Source: Octopus sinensis
Taxonomy: Eukaryota
Assembly (NCBI RefSeq): GCF_006345805.1
Contig: NC_043002.1
Location: forward strand, 42,284,001 to 42,348,000
DNA length: 64,000 nt
Direction of reading: 5' to 3'
Part shown: positions 41,100-53,508 of the stretch, piece after piece
Position numbering within the stretch: position 1 is the first letter of the stretch
Layout of the letters: each line of letters starts with the position of its first letter
Program-made: the position numbers and the translations under genes
The notes under the pieces: generated by a model
What the model was told of the DNA's origin: nothing
The model's input: only the letters and a program-made list of their open reading frames with translations
The model's database searches: none

Positions 41100-41640
41100 G
41101 AATTTGCATGTAGGGTTAGAGTCTGGCGTGTTCCTTAACTTAGTAAATAAACATATTCCTCATATGAATAGGTTTCATACGATATTTAATAGACACACCT
41201 TAAGAGTTTCTTTCAGCTGTGCACCTTGTGTAAAGAAAATTTTACTAGGTAAGCCTGCCCTGAGACAGAAGCAGGATGCTCATGTAGAAGCAACATCACA
41301 TGTTCCCTTTATGGCTACTCTAAATAGAGACAGTCATATATGAGATAGAGGTGATGTCAAAGGATCCCAACATGTAGTCAAATGTGCAGAAGTATGTGGG
41401 TACAACAGAAGGCACTTTCAAGACCAGATTGAACAACCATAACTCCTTTTTTAGTATCCAGGAAAGACGCTATGGCTAGGCATGTATGGTCATTGAAGGA
41501 AACTGCCAAATATTACAACATCAAGTGGAAAATATTGGAGAAGTGCAAGCTTGATTTTAACTGTAGTAAAAACTGCAGAGAAAATAACTATATTAAAATA
41601 TTCTCTTCACACAGATGTCTACTTAAACTTCTGCAGTTCA
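41100..41640 (+). mobile_element. Penelope-like element (Naiad-type) RT C-terminus + GIY-YIG endonuclease relic
   Basis: FLNLVNKHIP..FHTIFNRHTLRVSFSC, CSCRSNITCSLYGYS (CxCx5Cx5C-like), VIYEIEV...YVGTTEGTFKTRLNNH, HVWSLK..YNIKWKIL; frameshifts and stops. Confidence 0.85.
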
Positions 41641-41799
41641 TATGAGAGAAGGTCCCTACTGGCCTTACAATGATTATAAATGCGAGGATCTCTACCACTG
41701 GTCCTCCCACTATCATGTTCTGAGAACCCAGCAAAGTTTTGACCTAACCAAATAAGAGTGCCTATTTTTTGTTACTTATGGATTCTTAGACTACTATAA

Positions 41800-41844
<45 letters not shown>

Positions 41845-42129
41845 CATAAACCTATATATATACATATGTATACTGAACATCCTAAACATCAGGTAACATT
41901 CAACATACTTAACATTATGTAAATGCTTTATGAGTATTGCTTAGAGAAGAGCACTTATGTGTGTGTATATTATATATACATTTATGTATGTATAATCCTT
42001 CCCAGCAGGGAAAATGAATATATGATGATATAGATAATAATGACATCCCTATAAAGAATATTTCTTGAAACATATGTACGTACTCTGAAGAGCAAAATAT
42101 TCATTATATAATGTTTATATAATGCTATC

Positions 42130-44100
42130 TGAATTGACAGTACCTTGGTAGATAAAGCAATTAAGGGTATGAAGACAGGGAAAGCCCCTGGCCCATCAGG
42201 AATCACCACAGAGATGCTTAAAATATCTGGTGGTGTTGGCTAAAGTCTAGTCACTTGTATAGTTAACCAGGTGATACATGAAAGAGTCATACCCAATGAC
42301 TGATGTCGCAGCGCCATAGTCAACTGCTACAAAGGTAAAAGTAATGCTTAAGATACAAATAATTACAGAGGTATCAAGTTGTTGGATCAGGTAACGAAAG
42401 TCATGGAGAGGGTCATAACCCAACTAATTAGGGAGAGAGTCAGTGTAGATGAGATGCAATTCGGGTTTGTGCCAGGGAAAAGCACCACTGATGCTATATA
42501 TCTGGTAAGACAGCTGCAGAAGAAATACCTAACCAAAGATAAACCTCTGTATCCGGCTTTCATTGACATGGAGAAAGCCTTTGACAGGGTCCCCCAATCC
42601 CTTATCTAATGGTCAATGAAGAAACTAGGGATAGATGAATAGTTAGTGAGAACTGTACAAGCCATGTACAGGGATGCTGTCAGTAAGGTGATGGTTGGCA
42701 ACAAGTACAGTGAAGAATTCCAGGTAGGAGTAGGGGTTCACCAAGGATCAGTCTTCAGCCCCCTCTTATTCATCAGTCCTCCAGGCAATAACAGAGGAAT
42801 TCAAGACATGATGCCCCTGGGAAATTCTCTATGTTGATGACCTTGCTCTAATTGCTGAGTCACTGTCAGAACTAGAGGAGAGGTTTCAGGTGTGGAAGCA
42901 AGCATTAGAATCAAAGGGCCTTAGAGTCAACCGAGCAAAAACCAAAGTCTTAATAAGTAGGAAGGCAGACAAACCACAAATCCCTTCAGGTAGATGGCCC
43001 TGCTCGATCTGTAGAAAAGGCATAGGTAGAAACTCTATAAGATGTACCCAGTGTAAGCTATGGACACATAAGAGGTACAGCAATATCAAAGGAAGGTTAA
43101 CTGGGAAGATAGTTTTTGTGTGTGGAAAATGCTCAGGAGCAATAAACACTGAAAATGTGCAGAGAACAGCTTCTGCCACACTCCAGGGGAAAAAAACTAC
43201 AAGTAGTTGACAGCTTCCATTACCTCAGTGACCAAGTCAGTAGCAGGATGGATGCTCTTAAAGTGTAGCTACTAGAATATGAATAGCCTGGGTAAAGTTC
43301 AGAAAGCTCCTACCTCTGCTGGTGACAAAGGGCCTCTTTCTCAGAGTAAAAGGTAGACTGTATGATGCATGTGTGTGAACAGCCATGCTACATGGCAGTG
43401 AAACATGGGCCATGACTGCTGAGGACATGTGTAAGCTTGCAAGGAATGAAGCTAGTATGCTCCACTGGATGTGTAATGTCAGGGTTCATACACGACAATG
43501 TAAGCGCTCTGAGGGAAAAGTTGGACTTAAGAAACATCAGATGTGGTGTGCAAGAGAGACGACTGCATTGGTATGGTCATGTGATGTGAATGGATGAGGA
43601 CAGCTGTGTGAAAAAGTGTTACACCCTAGCAGTAGAGGGAACCTGTGGAAGCGGTAAACCCAGGAAGACCTGGAATAGGTGGTGAAGCACAACCTTTGAA
43701 CTTTGGGCCTCACCGAAGCAATGACAAGTGACCGAGACCTTTGGAGATATGCTGTGCTTGAGAAGACCCGGCAAGCCAAGTCAGACCATAACCATGGCCT
43801 ATACCAGTGCTGTATAAACCAGCCCATTTAAGAGTACCCTTCAATCATTGGACAATAAACTATGCTTACAAAGACTTATTGAAGCAAGTGAAATTGTTGT
43901 CATGGCAGATGACAGTACTGTCTGATTGGCACCTGTGCCAGTAGAATGTTTAAAGCACTATTTGAGTGTGATCATTGCCAGTGCCACCAGACTGGAACCT
44001 GTGCAGGTGGCACATAAAAAGCACCATTTGAGTGTGGTCAATGCCAGTACTGCCTGAATGGCGCTTGTGCCGGTGGCATGTAAAAGCATCCACTACACTC
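42130..44100 (+). mobile_element. RTE-clade LINE, 5'-truncated and decayed, with PHD-like insertion in RT and tandem-repeat 3'UTR
   Basis: MKTGKAPGPSGI, NYRGIKLL, MQFGFVPGKSTTDAI, FIDMEKAFDRV, GVHQGSV.SPLLF, LYVDDL, KTKV, MLHGSETW, WYGHV. Confidence 0.92.
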
Positions 44101-44228
44101 TTATATATCTTTTATCTTTTACTTGAATATGTGTGTGTGCGTGTGTGTGTGTGTGTACATGTACATATGTATATGTGTGCGTGTGTGTGTGTGTGTACAT
44201 TTACATATGTATGTGTGTGTGTGTGTGT

Positions 44229-44532
44229 GGAAACACATGGCCTAGTGGTTAGAGCAGCGGTCTCACAGTCATGGGATCGCGAGTTTGAATCTCAGACCGG
44301 GCGATGTGTGTATTTATGAGTGAAACACCTAAGTTCCACGCGGCTCTGGCAGAAAGTAATAGCGAACTTCTGCTGACTCTTTTGTCACAACTTTCTCTCA
44401 CTCTTTCCTCCTGCATCTTGCAGCTCACCTGTGACAGGCCGGCATCCTGTCCAGGTGGGGAACCTATATGCCAAGGAAACCAGGAAACCGGCCCTTATGA
44501 GCCAGGAGTGGCTTGAGAAGGAACAAACAAAA
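44229..44532 (+). mobile_element. SINE related to family B
   Basis: tRNA-like head and V-like CCTGTGACAGGCCGGCATCCTGTCCAGG. Confidence 0.75.
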
Positions 44533-44654
44533 CAATATGTATATATATACACACACACATACAAATATACATACATATAGTTCAAAAATGTTACCGCATG
44601 TGATTGTTGGCAATTTTTGTTCCTCCTTCATTTTGGACTCTCCTGTTTCTTCCT

Positions 44655-44690
44655 GTTTCCGAAGAAGAGCTATGCTCAAAACATAAAACT
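44655..44690 (+). ncRNA. Degenerate minimal type I hammerhead ribozyme relic
   Basis: GTTT-CCGAAGA-A-GAGC-TAT-GCTC-AAAAC-ATA-AAAC versus consensus CUGANGA-stem II-GAAAC-GUH; probably inactive. Confidence 0.5.
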
Positions 44691-44802
44691 TCTAGTCTTT
44701 TCCTTCTCTGAGCATCTTATTAATACATTGCTTGTGCCACGTCAAAACATTAGTATTTTTCTTTTTCTCTGTGTTTTTGAATTGACTATATATATATATA
44801 TA

Positions 44803-44910
44803 TATCAACTGATGAGACACATCTACACTACCAGATGTTCCTGAACCAGTTGTTAAGTGTCACACCCATGAGGGATCAATGTTGGATGTGTCAAAACAAT
44901 TGTTGTGATT
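44803..44910 (+). ncRNA. Degenerate type I hammerhead ribozyme relic with long stem II
   Basis: CTGATGA (44809), GACACATCT/GGATGTGTC stem, AAAAC in place of GAAAC, palindromic ACAATTGT stem III, GTT in place of GTC. Confidence 0.6.
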
Positions 44911-44964
44911 AATAATAAATTCTTGTATATTCCATCTTCTGTCTTTCATTTACCATATACATAC

Positions 44965-45005
<41 letters not shown>

Positions 45006-45659
45006 TATAATATATATATGTAATATATGTGTGTGTGTATGTATATGTATATGTGTGTATGTATGTATGTATATATATACATATATAAATATATACACAC
45101 ACACTCATACATATATATATATGTTTGTGTGTGGGTGTGTATATATACATATATACAAAACAAGTTGAAAATATTAATCATTATGTATTCTTCCTTTGTT
45201 GGAGCAAATTTGGCTTACAGCTGTTTCCAGTAATGATTATAGGTACTGTTATGACATATGGTGTACACATCGGGTTAAATAAATATCGGGTTAAAAAAAC
45301 AAATATTTGGATGTGGTTATCTAAAAATACCTATCACAGAATTATTTTGTTCTCATAGAATGCACTCCGTACTACTCAAACATAGGTATGATATTAAACC
45401 AACACACATCACACTAACACAGTAACCAATATGGTTCACCAACACTGTCAACTCCACTTGACAGTTCACACAGTTCTTATTTATTGAAATCCATTAGTCC
45501 AGCTTCAGTCATATGGGGGTGTTCAGGATCCTCCCACAACAGCTACATTACTGATAACTTTACTGAATCAGTCTATTGATCAATTGAGAAAAATTGAATG
45601 ATCTCAGAAAATTAATGCTACCTTCTTTAGAACCATTTCTGGTTATAACAAGTAGAGCA

Positions 45660-46014
45660 TTGAAGGAATGGCAGTTTCATATGCAGACGCGAGAGATTGA
45701 ACAGTTTCCCATCACTTCTACTGTGTAGAAACAATCCGTCATCTGATGTCTCAAAGGCATATGACAGCAGCAGCGAGAAGAAGATGCCAAATAATGTAGG
45801 AGCAAGGACACAACCTTGCTTTACCTCGTTTTTTTTTTATTTGGAAGGCGGCTGATGTTGAACCATTGTGCTGTATGGTGCCTTGCATATCATCATGGAA
45901 AGATTTGATGATCCTCAGCAGCTTTGGTGGACATCCGATTTTTTGGAGCAGGATGAAGAGGCCTTTTCTACTTACCAAGTCAAAGGCCTTTGTCAGATCA
46001 ATGAAGGCCATATA

Positions 46015-46015
<1 letters not shown>
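45660..46015 (-). mobile_element. BovB/RTE-type RT fragment
   Basis: [65 protein letters not shown]. Confidence 0.85.
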
Positions 46016-46050
<35 letters not shown>

Positions 46051-46144
46051 TGTATGTATGTATATAGTCCAACCCATGCTAGCATGGAAAGCGGACGCTA
46101 AACGATGATGATGATGTATGTATGTATGTATGTATGAATGTATG

Positions 46145-46213
<69 letters not shown>

Positions 46214-46224
46214 ATATACTTAGC

Positions 46225-46415
46225 ACAGTCACTTGGCCTGCTAGAAATAGCAAAGAAATCTCATTTAAAATCATATTCTAACCTATTAAAAGTAACATTG
46301 GATGATGGAGTCATAGATATATCATGTCTGAATAAAAGAAGGTATGCATATAGTTAGAATGCTTTGAATGTACATCTGCTTAATCAAGGCTGACTTGGGG
46401 CTAAACAACAATAGC
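46225..46415 (+). repeat. Abundant old interspersed repeat ending GACCTGGGGCTAAACAACAAC
   Basis: Related copies at ~35280, 39640, 40490, 46700(-), 50020, 59385, 59770(-), 63700. Confidence 0.65.
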
Positions 46416-46490
46416 AACAAGAGAAGGATCATTGCCTTCATCACTACCACCACCACCACCACCACCACCACCACCACCACCACCACCATT

Positions 46491-46523
<33 letters not shown>

Positions 46524-46991
46524 AGCAGAAATAGTGTTTCACATTCATTTTTCCATGCTGGTGTTGGTTGGATGATGTTTCTAAGCCAGTTTTTTTTACA
46601 GTGTATATATTCTCCAAATGTGACAAACATGTTAAAGGTGCAATGATTTATAGAGAATTCACAGTATTTTAGAGATGATCACTTCATTGCTCTTCAAGCT
46701 GTGTTTTTTTTTTTGGGTGGTGGTGGTGGTGGGGTTAAGATCAGCTATGAGCAAAATGCACCTATGGTCAAATTCCAGCCGTCCATGTTTTTGTACACTC
46801 TGACTACATTATCCAGTAAAATTATATAACATGTAATTTGACAAGAATTTTTTTTTTTTTTGCTATTTCTAGCAGGTTTTTGCAACTCCTTTGTTATAGA
46901 TAAATGCTGTCCTGTCAAATATTTTGTTCAGATTGATAAAAACTATCTGTGTATTCAGCAGTTGCCAGCTAAGTATCTGTTCCAGTTTCCT

Positions 46992-47012
46992 CACACACAC
47001 AGAAACACATGA

Positions 47013-47051
<39 letters not shown>

Positions 47052-47230
47052 CACGCACGCACACACATAATAATAAACACACATACACATGCTCAAACAC
47101 ACACACACATTAACATACACACACATTAACATACACACAAATACATACAAACTCAAAAACAGACACTCATAAATACACACACACTCACATACACAAACAC
47201 ACACACACACACACCACACACACACACACT

Positions 47231-47261
<31 letters not shown>

Positions 47262-47277
47262 ACACACACACACATAC
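46992..47277. repeat. (CA)n-derived microsatellite tract
   Basis: Direct reading. Confidence 0.9.
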
Positions 47278-48397
47278 AGAAAGTAAAAAAAACACTCTCA
47301 AGCCTTCTGCATACAAACCAAACCTTCGATGAAAAGCATCTGAAAATCTGCACTAAATTTCCCAAACTTTTATTATTTAGTTCATAATATTTCCCACTCC
47401 ATTGCAGTCAGTCGCTTCTTTTCCTTATGACACCGTCTGTCATTGGAAATAACACCCTGATGTATATAGTCTGTATAGTTAGGGGTGTGACTAGTTATGA
47501 CTCTAATCCTGTTTGAGGCTTTTAACATTCCTGCTGCCACACATGAATGCTCTATAGCCTTCCCAACTTACTTATTGCCTTCTATATTTTATTCTATGCC
47601 CTGCTAATCTCTCTATAAATGTCTTTTCAACTGGGTCAGTGGAGTAGACAATTCTAACTCTCTCTTTCCCTAGCTGCACTTCATAATAACGCTTCTCTTT
47701 ATCTTTACTCTCATATCAACTGAATACATATATGCTTGTATCATTGTGCTTAAAGATTCTTTCCTTGTTTTTCTTTGTCCTTTTTATATATTTTTCAACG
47801 TAACATTTTCTTTCTTCTGTTACTTCACAAACTGTTTAGCATGCTAAGCAGCTTGCACTTTCAATATCTTTTCATACTTCTTTCCGAATTTATTTGGGAA
47901 TCTCACACAAGCATAGCTAAAATACACCTGCTACCTATTCATTTCCTAAGTACACCAGTCTTTTAGCCTGATGGCTATTTCCATTTTTGTCTCCACTCCC
48001 ACTCTGTGAGAAATGAATCTCCTTAACCCATAGTGAAGACAACTGGTCTAGTTGAATGGCTGTTAAAAAAATCAAATTAATATGACTTATTTATCCAGGC
48101 AAGCTTGTTTAGCAATACAGGCTCTCAACAATGAGTCTGTGAACCAGTTTCAATTCTCACTTGTAGCCATTTGACATGTTAATAACTTTGGGAAAAAAGA
48201 TATAATGATTAAAAACAAGTACATCCTTCTTTCTTTCAAAGTCAATAGAGCTAATCACCCATTGATGGATATCTTTGGTTTATATTAAATTCAACAAGGT
48301 AAACCTGTTTAGCAATATTAGCTCTCAACAATACAAATTTGTGAACCATTTTCAATTCTTAATTGTATTTATTTGAATTTTATAACTAATGATTAAA

Positions 48398-48818
48398 GGT
48401 GTGCAGGAGTGGCTGTGTGGTAAGTAGCTTGTTTACCAGCCACATGGTTCCGGGTTCAGTCCCACTGTGTGGCACCTTGGGCAAGTGTCTTCTACTATAG
48501 CCTCGGGCAAGTGTCTTCTACTATAGCCTCGGGCCAACCAAAGCCTTGTGAGTGGATTTGGTAGACGGAAACTGAAAGAAGCCCATCGTATATATGTATA
48601 TGTATGTGTGTGTTTGTGTGTCTGTGTTTGTCCCCCTAACATTGCTTGACAACTGATGCTGGTGTCTCCGTTACTTAGTGGTTTGGCAAAAGAGACCGAT
48701 AAAAGAAGTACTAGGCTTACAAAGAATAAGTCCTGGGGTCGATTTGATCGATTAAAGGCTGTGCTCCAGCATCGCTGCAGTCAAATGACTGAAACAAGTA
48801 AAAGAGAGTAAAGAGTAA
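48398..48818 (+). mobile_element. SINE family A, full length, with internal 26-bp tandem duplication
   Basis: GGGCAAGTGTCTTCTACTATAGCCTC twice (48479-48530); ATTAAA on both flanks as a possible TSD. Confidence 0.85.
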
Positions 48819-48831
48819 TTAAAAAGACAAA

Positions 48832-48949
48832 TACAAAGGGGTATTAAAATGTTCCAGGCTTTAAAGGTATCAAAAGGGTAGAGCAGTTACTCCTGTAAAG
48901 GTAACTGTACTACCCTTAAAGCCAGGAACTTTTCAGCACCTCCCTCATA
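48832..48949. mobile_element. Mariner-type MITE
   Basis: TA-CAAAGGGGTATTAAAATGTTCCAGGCTTTAA / TTAAAGCCAGGAACTTTTCAGCACCTCCCTCA-TA; decayed TIRs with TA flanks. Confidence 0.7.
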
Positions 48950-51900
48950 CATCCTGTTTCCTTCAAAGTCAATAAGGCTACCCCCCCCCCATTCAGGGAT
49001 ATCACTGGTTCTTTTCTTTGCTCTGCACTACATCATTCGTGGATATCAAACTCCAACTTGAGAGCACAGTATGGTTTCCATTGGAATTTTCTTGGCTATG
49101 GTCTTGGACCTGCTGCATGGTCTGCTAGCACACATGCAGGATATTTTTACAAGATGTCACTTGTATGGATGGCCATTGACACACAATGAGATTACCTGTC
49201 CTGCATAGTGTCCACAACACACTCCTCACCTGGCAAGCAAGTTTGGGGAGCCAGTTTAGTTACTATCCACATGACTATGAAACATAATACTGGGTTTAAC
49301 CCATTAGCATTTAAATAAGTCATATCCCATCTCCCAGACCAGACTGTGTGTTGTGTTCTTGGGCAAGACACTTTATTTCACATTGCTCCAATTCACTCAG
49401 CTGTAGAAATGAGATGTGACATCACTGGTGCCAAACTGTGTTGGCCTTTGTCTTTCCCTTGGATAAAATCGGTGGCATGGAGAGGGGAAGCTAGTATGCA
49501 TGGATGACTGCTTGGTCTTCTATAAACAACTTGGCCCAGACTTGTACCTCAGAGGATGGAAAGGAATGACACTACTTGTATGACAGCAACATTCATTTAC
49601 AACTATCACACACACACCACAGGCTTGTCTCAGTTTCTACTTACCAAATCCACTCACAAGGGTTGCCTAAAATGTGTCTCCTGATAATACTGAACCCAAA
49701 ACCATATTACTGTGAAGCAAACATCTTAATCACACTATCTGATTTTTTAATTTTTTATTTGTTCATTATAGATTAGGGATAAGAAGAAAGGCAGCTTTCA
49801 TGATCCTTTTACAAGGATCAGAAACTCATAGGAGAAAGGGTGGCTGATTCTGAAATCCTTAGATTCAGAGATCTGGTCTAAAAGCTCACACCAGAGTGGC
49901 CTCTACTAAAAGTATACTAAGGCTAAGCAATAATGTTAAATAGAGCAACTACTAAGTCTACCTATCATCTGTATTAATTTTTGCTGTTGTGATCCAATGA
50001 AGGACCAGTCTTTACATGGTCACCTTGCTAGCTAGAAATAGCAGATAAATCTTCCTCAAGTCACACACCCTACTATCCTAAAAAAAATGGACATGTTAAA
50101 TAAAATAAAAACTAGTCCATAGTTCTCTACTCATAGGAAACAGATGGGATGGTCACAACTGAAATGCCTTTGATCATAGTTCTGTCCAATTAAGGTTGAT
50201 CTGAGATTTAAGAGTAAAAATGACTATTGTGGATACAAACCATAAATACAGCATGGAATTTTGTCAATAAACCATAAATAGTTTTCTCAAATTCTAGTTA
50301 GTAATTTTTTTCTTGTACGTGTTTCTAGTTTCACTCATTGGAATTCATGTCTTGAATTAAAACAATGAATTGAAATAATAAGTTTTAGCAAATCAAAACA
50401 ATTCACATTGAAATGAAGAATTAGCAAATGCTAAATAGGTTTCTGTTAATAAGCTCCCTGATTATACCCATGAAATATTTATCACCAAATTTCGGCATTT
50501 TTCGTCAAATTGATGTCACTATGGCTAGTGCAAAAAATGTCAAAATTTTGCAATTTTTGAAAAATCAATGCTTATTAAAAATTGATTTTTTTTTAAAATT
50601 CCAAGTGCATAAGTGACCACATGGACATAAGCTCTACACAGGTGTCAAGTTTCATCAAGGTCTGTTGGATAGTCTCGGAGGAGCTAAAGTAACAAATTTA
50701 CAAACACACAAACTTTCTATTTATTATATATATGGTCATGTGATGCATATGGATGAAGACAGCTGTGTATAGAAGTGTTGATCCCAAGCTGTTGAGGGAA
50801 TCTGTGGAAGAGGTAGACCCTGGAAGACACGGGATGGCATGGTGTGAAGCGTAATCTGATGGATACTTGTGCACAGCACTCTTGAACATGTTATCTTAAA
50901 GAAGCAGAGACAATCCAGAGTAGAGAGGGCCCTTTAATCTTGCTGGGAATAAGCAACCTCTATTGCTGTTGATACAAGAACATGTATCCAGTTCACTCTG
51001 TAAAATGCTTCATGAATGAATGGAGAGAATATAAGTTAGGCAAGATGCTTTAGTCTTGACAAGAACAGGGAAACTTCTTTACTGCAGGAGCTTTGATAAA
51101 GGCACCTTATGCGTATTGTAAAAAGGTGGGTGTTAGGAAGAACATTTAGCATCTGACCATAGCAATTATGCCAAAAAGGAAATGTATTAGCAGAAAGTGA
51201 ACACTTGCTATGGGACAGAATGGACATCAGGAGAAATCTTCAGAGGAAGATATTCCTATCAAGTAAGTGTTTCAGGCTGTTAGTTCCTAAGAAAGCTGGG
51301 CCTACCTTGGTTATGACTCCTAGGTGATCTCCAGTTATTTTTGAAATGCTACCTTTAGTGATGATTGAACCCAAAACCTTTGGGTGATCTTATTTCCCTA
51401 AACTGTGGTTGTGGGGTGCTCTGAACAAGAACTGACTTGGACCGTAATCAATCTGTTCAACCCATGCAAGCAAGGACAGGCAGATGTAAAATGATGATGA
51501 TGATGATGAAAATTATATATTTTGTACATTTATTTACAAAGTATTTTGTTTCTTTATAGTTATTGACCATATGATAAAAATATGAAGTATATGTAAAATA
51601 AAAAAGAAAAGCTTATCGGTATTGATGTTTGGCTTTATAGCTGTTACACATGAAAATGAGCATGTTGTTGTGTATTAAACCAATACTTGTTTCGACCAAT
51701 GAATCAATGAAATGTGGCTATCTTGATCTTTAAGCTCATTTAAAGGAAAAGAGATACTGCATTCATGTAAATTCAAAATGGAAATGTTTTAAATCACTAA
51801 AAGAGGCATTTGAAATAGATCAACAATCAAAGCAGTACTTGGAAAAAAAAAATCAATCATTAAACCAACAATATGAATGTATCTGCTTTTCCTAAAACAG

Positions 51901-52096
51901 TTTTAGAGAGGTATGACAGTGACTTGGAAGTCGTGGCACTGAGTAACAATATTGTTTGCAGTAGAATAGGTGAAGTGAGTTGAGAGGGTGAAAAATGAGA
52001 TGGTTGGACATGGATGCTTGGATAGGATGTAGATGATTTAGCATGGTTGACTTGACATTGAACCTGTTTTGGTGATAGTATATTTTGGTACTGGAG

Positions 52097-52130
<34 letters not shown>

Positions 52131-52157
52131 ATGTGTATGTGTGTAGAAATATACACA

Positions 52158-52360
52158 CAGATAGAGGGAGAAAGATAAAGAGAGGGAGAGAGATAGAGAG
52201 AAGAAGATTGATAGAGAGAGGGAGAGAGATAAAGGGAGGGAGAGAGATAGAGAGAGGGAGAGAGATAAAGGGAGGGAGAGAGATAGAGAGAGGGAGAGAG
52301 ATAAAGGGAGGGAGAGAGATAAAGAGAGGGAAAGCGATAAAGAGAGGGAGAGAGATAAAA
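52158..52360. repeat. 18-bp purine-rich minisatellite with alternating variants
   Basis: AGATAGAGAGAGGGAGAG and AGATAAAGGGAGGGAGAG alternate; gives the YLSPSL pseudo-ORF. Confidence 0.85.
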
Positions 52361-52500
52361 ATATAGATTACAATTTATTACATTTATTACTTGAACTCTA
52401 TACACTTGAAGAGAAATGTACTCACACTCACAAGCAGTGGGGGGGAATGTGTGAGTGTGTGTGTAAGAAAGAGAGAATGAGAGAGAAAGATAGATAGAGA

Positions 52501-52542
<42 letters not shown>

Positions 52543-53438
52543 GCGAGGGAGCAAACAAGAGAGACATTATAATGTCTGATGTCAAATATGTTATCATCAG
52601 ATCAGCAATATCAGATTGGTGGCACCAAAACAACTGTGCCAAAAAGTCTCATACCCTAAATGGTGAAGCACAGCTAATTCAAAACTTATTGAAATTCATG
52701 TAAATTCACAATACATATGAAAGAATGAACTGGAAGAAACATTGTGGTGTGGCGTGTTGGCAGAAACGTTAGCATGCAGGACGAAATGCTTAGTGGTATT
52801 TCGTCTGCCGTTACGTTCTGAGTTCAAATTCCACCTAGGTCGACTTTGCCTTTCATCCTCTCGGGTTCGATTAAATAAGTACCAGTTATGCACTGGGGTC
52901 GATGTAATCGACTTAATCCATTTGTCTGTTCTTGTTTGTCCTCTCTGCATTTAGCCCTTTCATCATCATCATCATCATCGTTTAACGTCCGTTCTCCATG
53001 CTAGCATGGGCTGGACGGTTCGACCAGGGATCTGGGAAGCCAGAAGGCTGCACCAGGCTCCGGTGTTATCTGGCAATGTTTCTACAGCTGGATGCCCTTC
53101 CTAACGCCAACCACTCCGTGAGTGTAGTGGGTGCTTTTTACGTGCCAAAGAAATAGGTATTTCGTCTGCCGTTACATTCTGAGTTCAAATTCCGCCAAGG
53201 TCAACTTTGCCTTTCATCCATTTGGGGTTGATTAAATAAGTACCAGTTATGCACTGGGATCGATACAATCGACTTAATCCGTTTGTCTGTCCTTGTTTGT
53301 CCCCTTTGTGTGTAGCACCTTGTGGGCTACACACAGAGGGGTGCTCTTTTGGCATATGTGAGATATACTGATCATGAAGCTGTTGTCTTTCAAATCATTA
53401 GAAAACACCACAACTGCCAATTCATATATATATAATAT

Positions 53439-53507
<69 letters not shown>

Positions 53508-53508
<1 letters not shown>

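Noticed and set aside
41277-41400. Selenocysteine recoding in the Penelope relic
   Set aside because: The visible in-frame stops are TAG, not TGA at Cys positions, and no SECIS was recognised
51860-52642. 260-aa ORF with YLSPSL repeats
   Set aside because: Translation of an 18-bp minisatellite plus dinucleotide repeats
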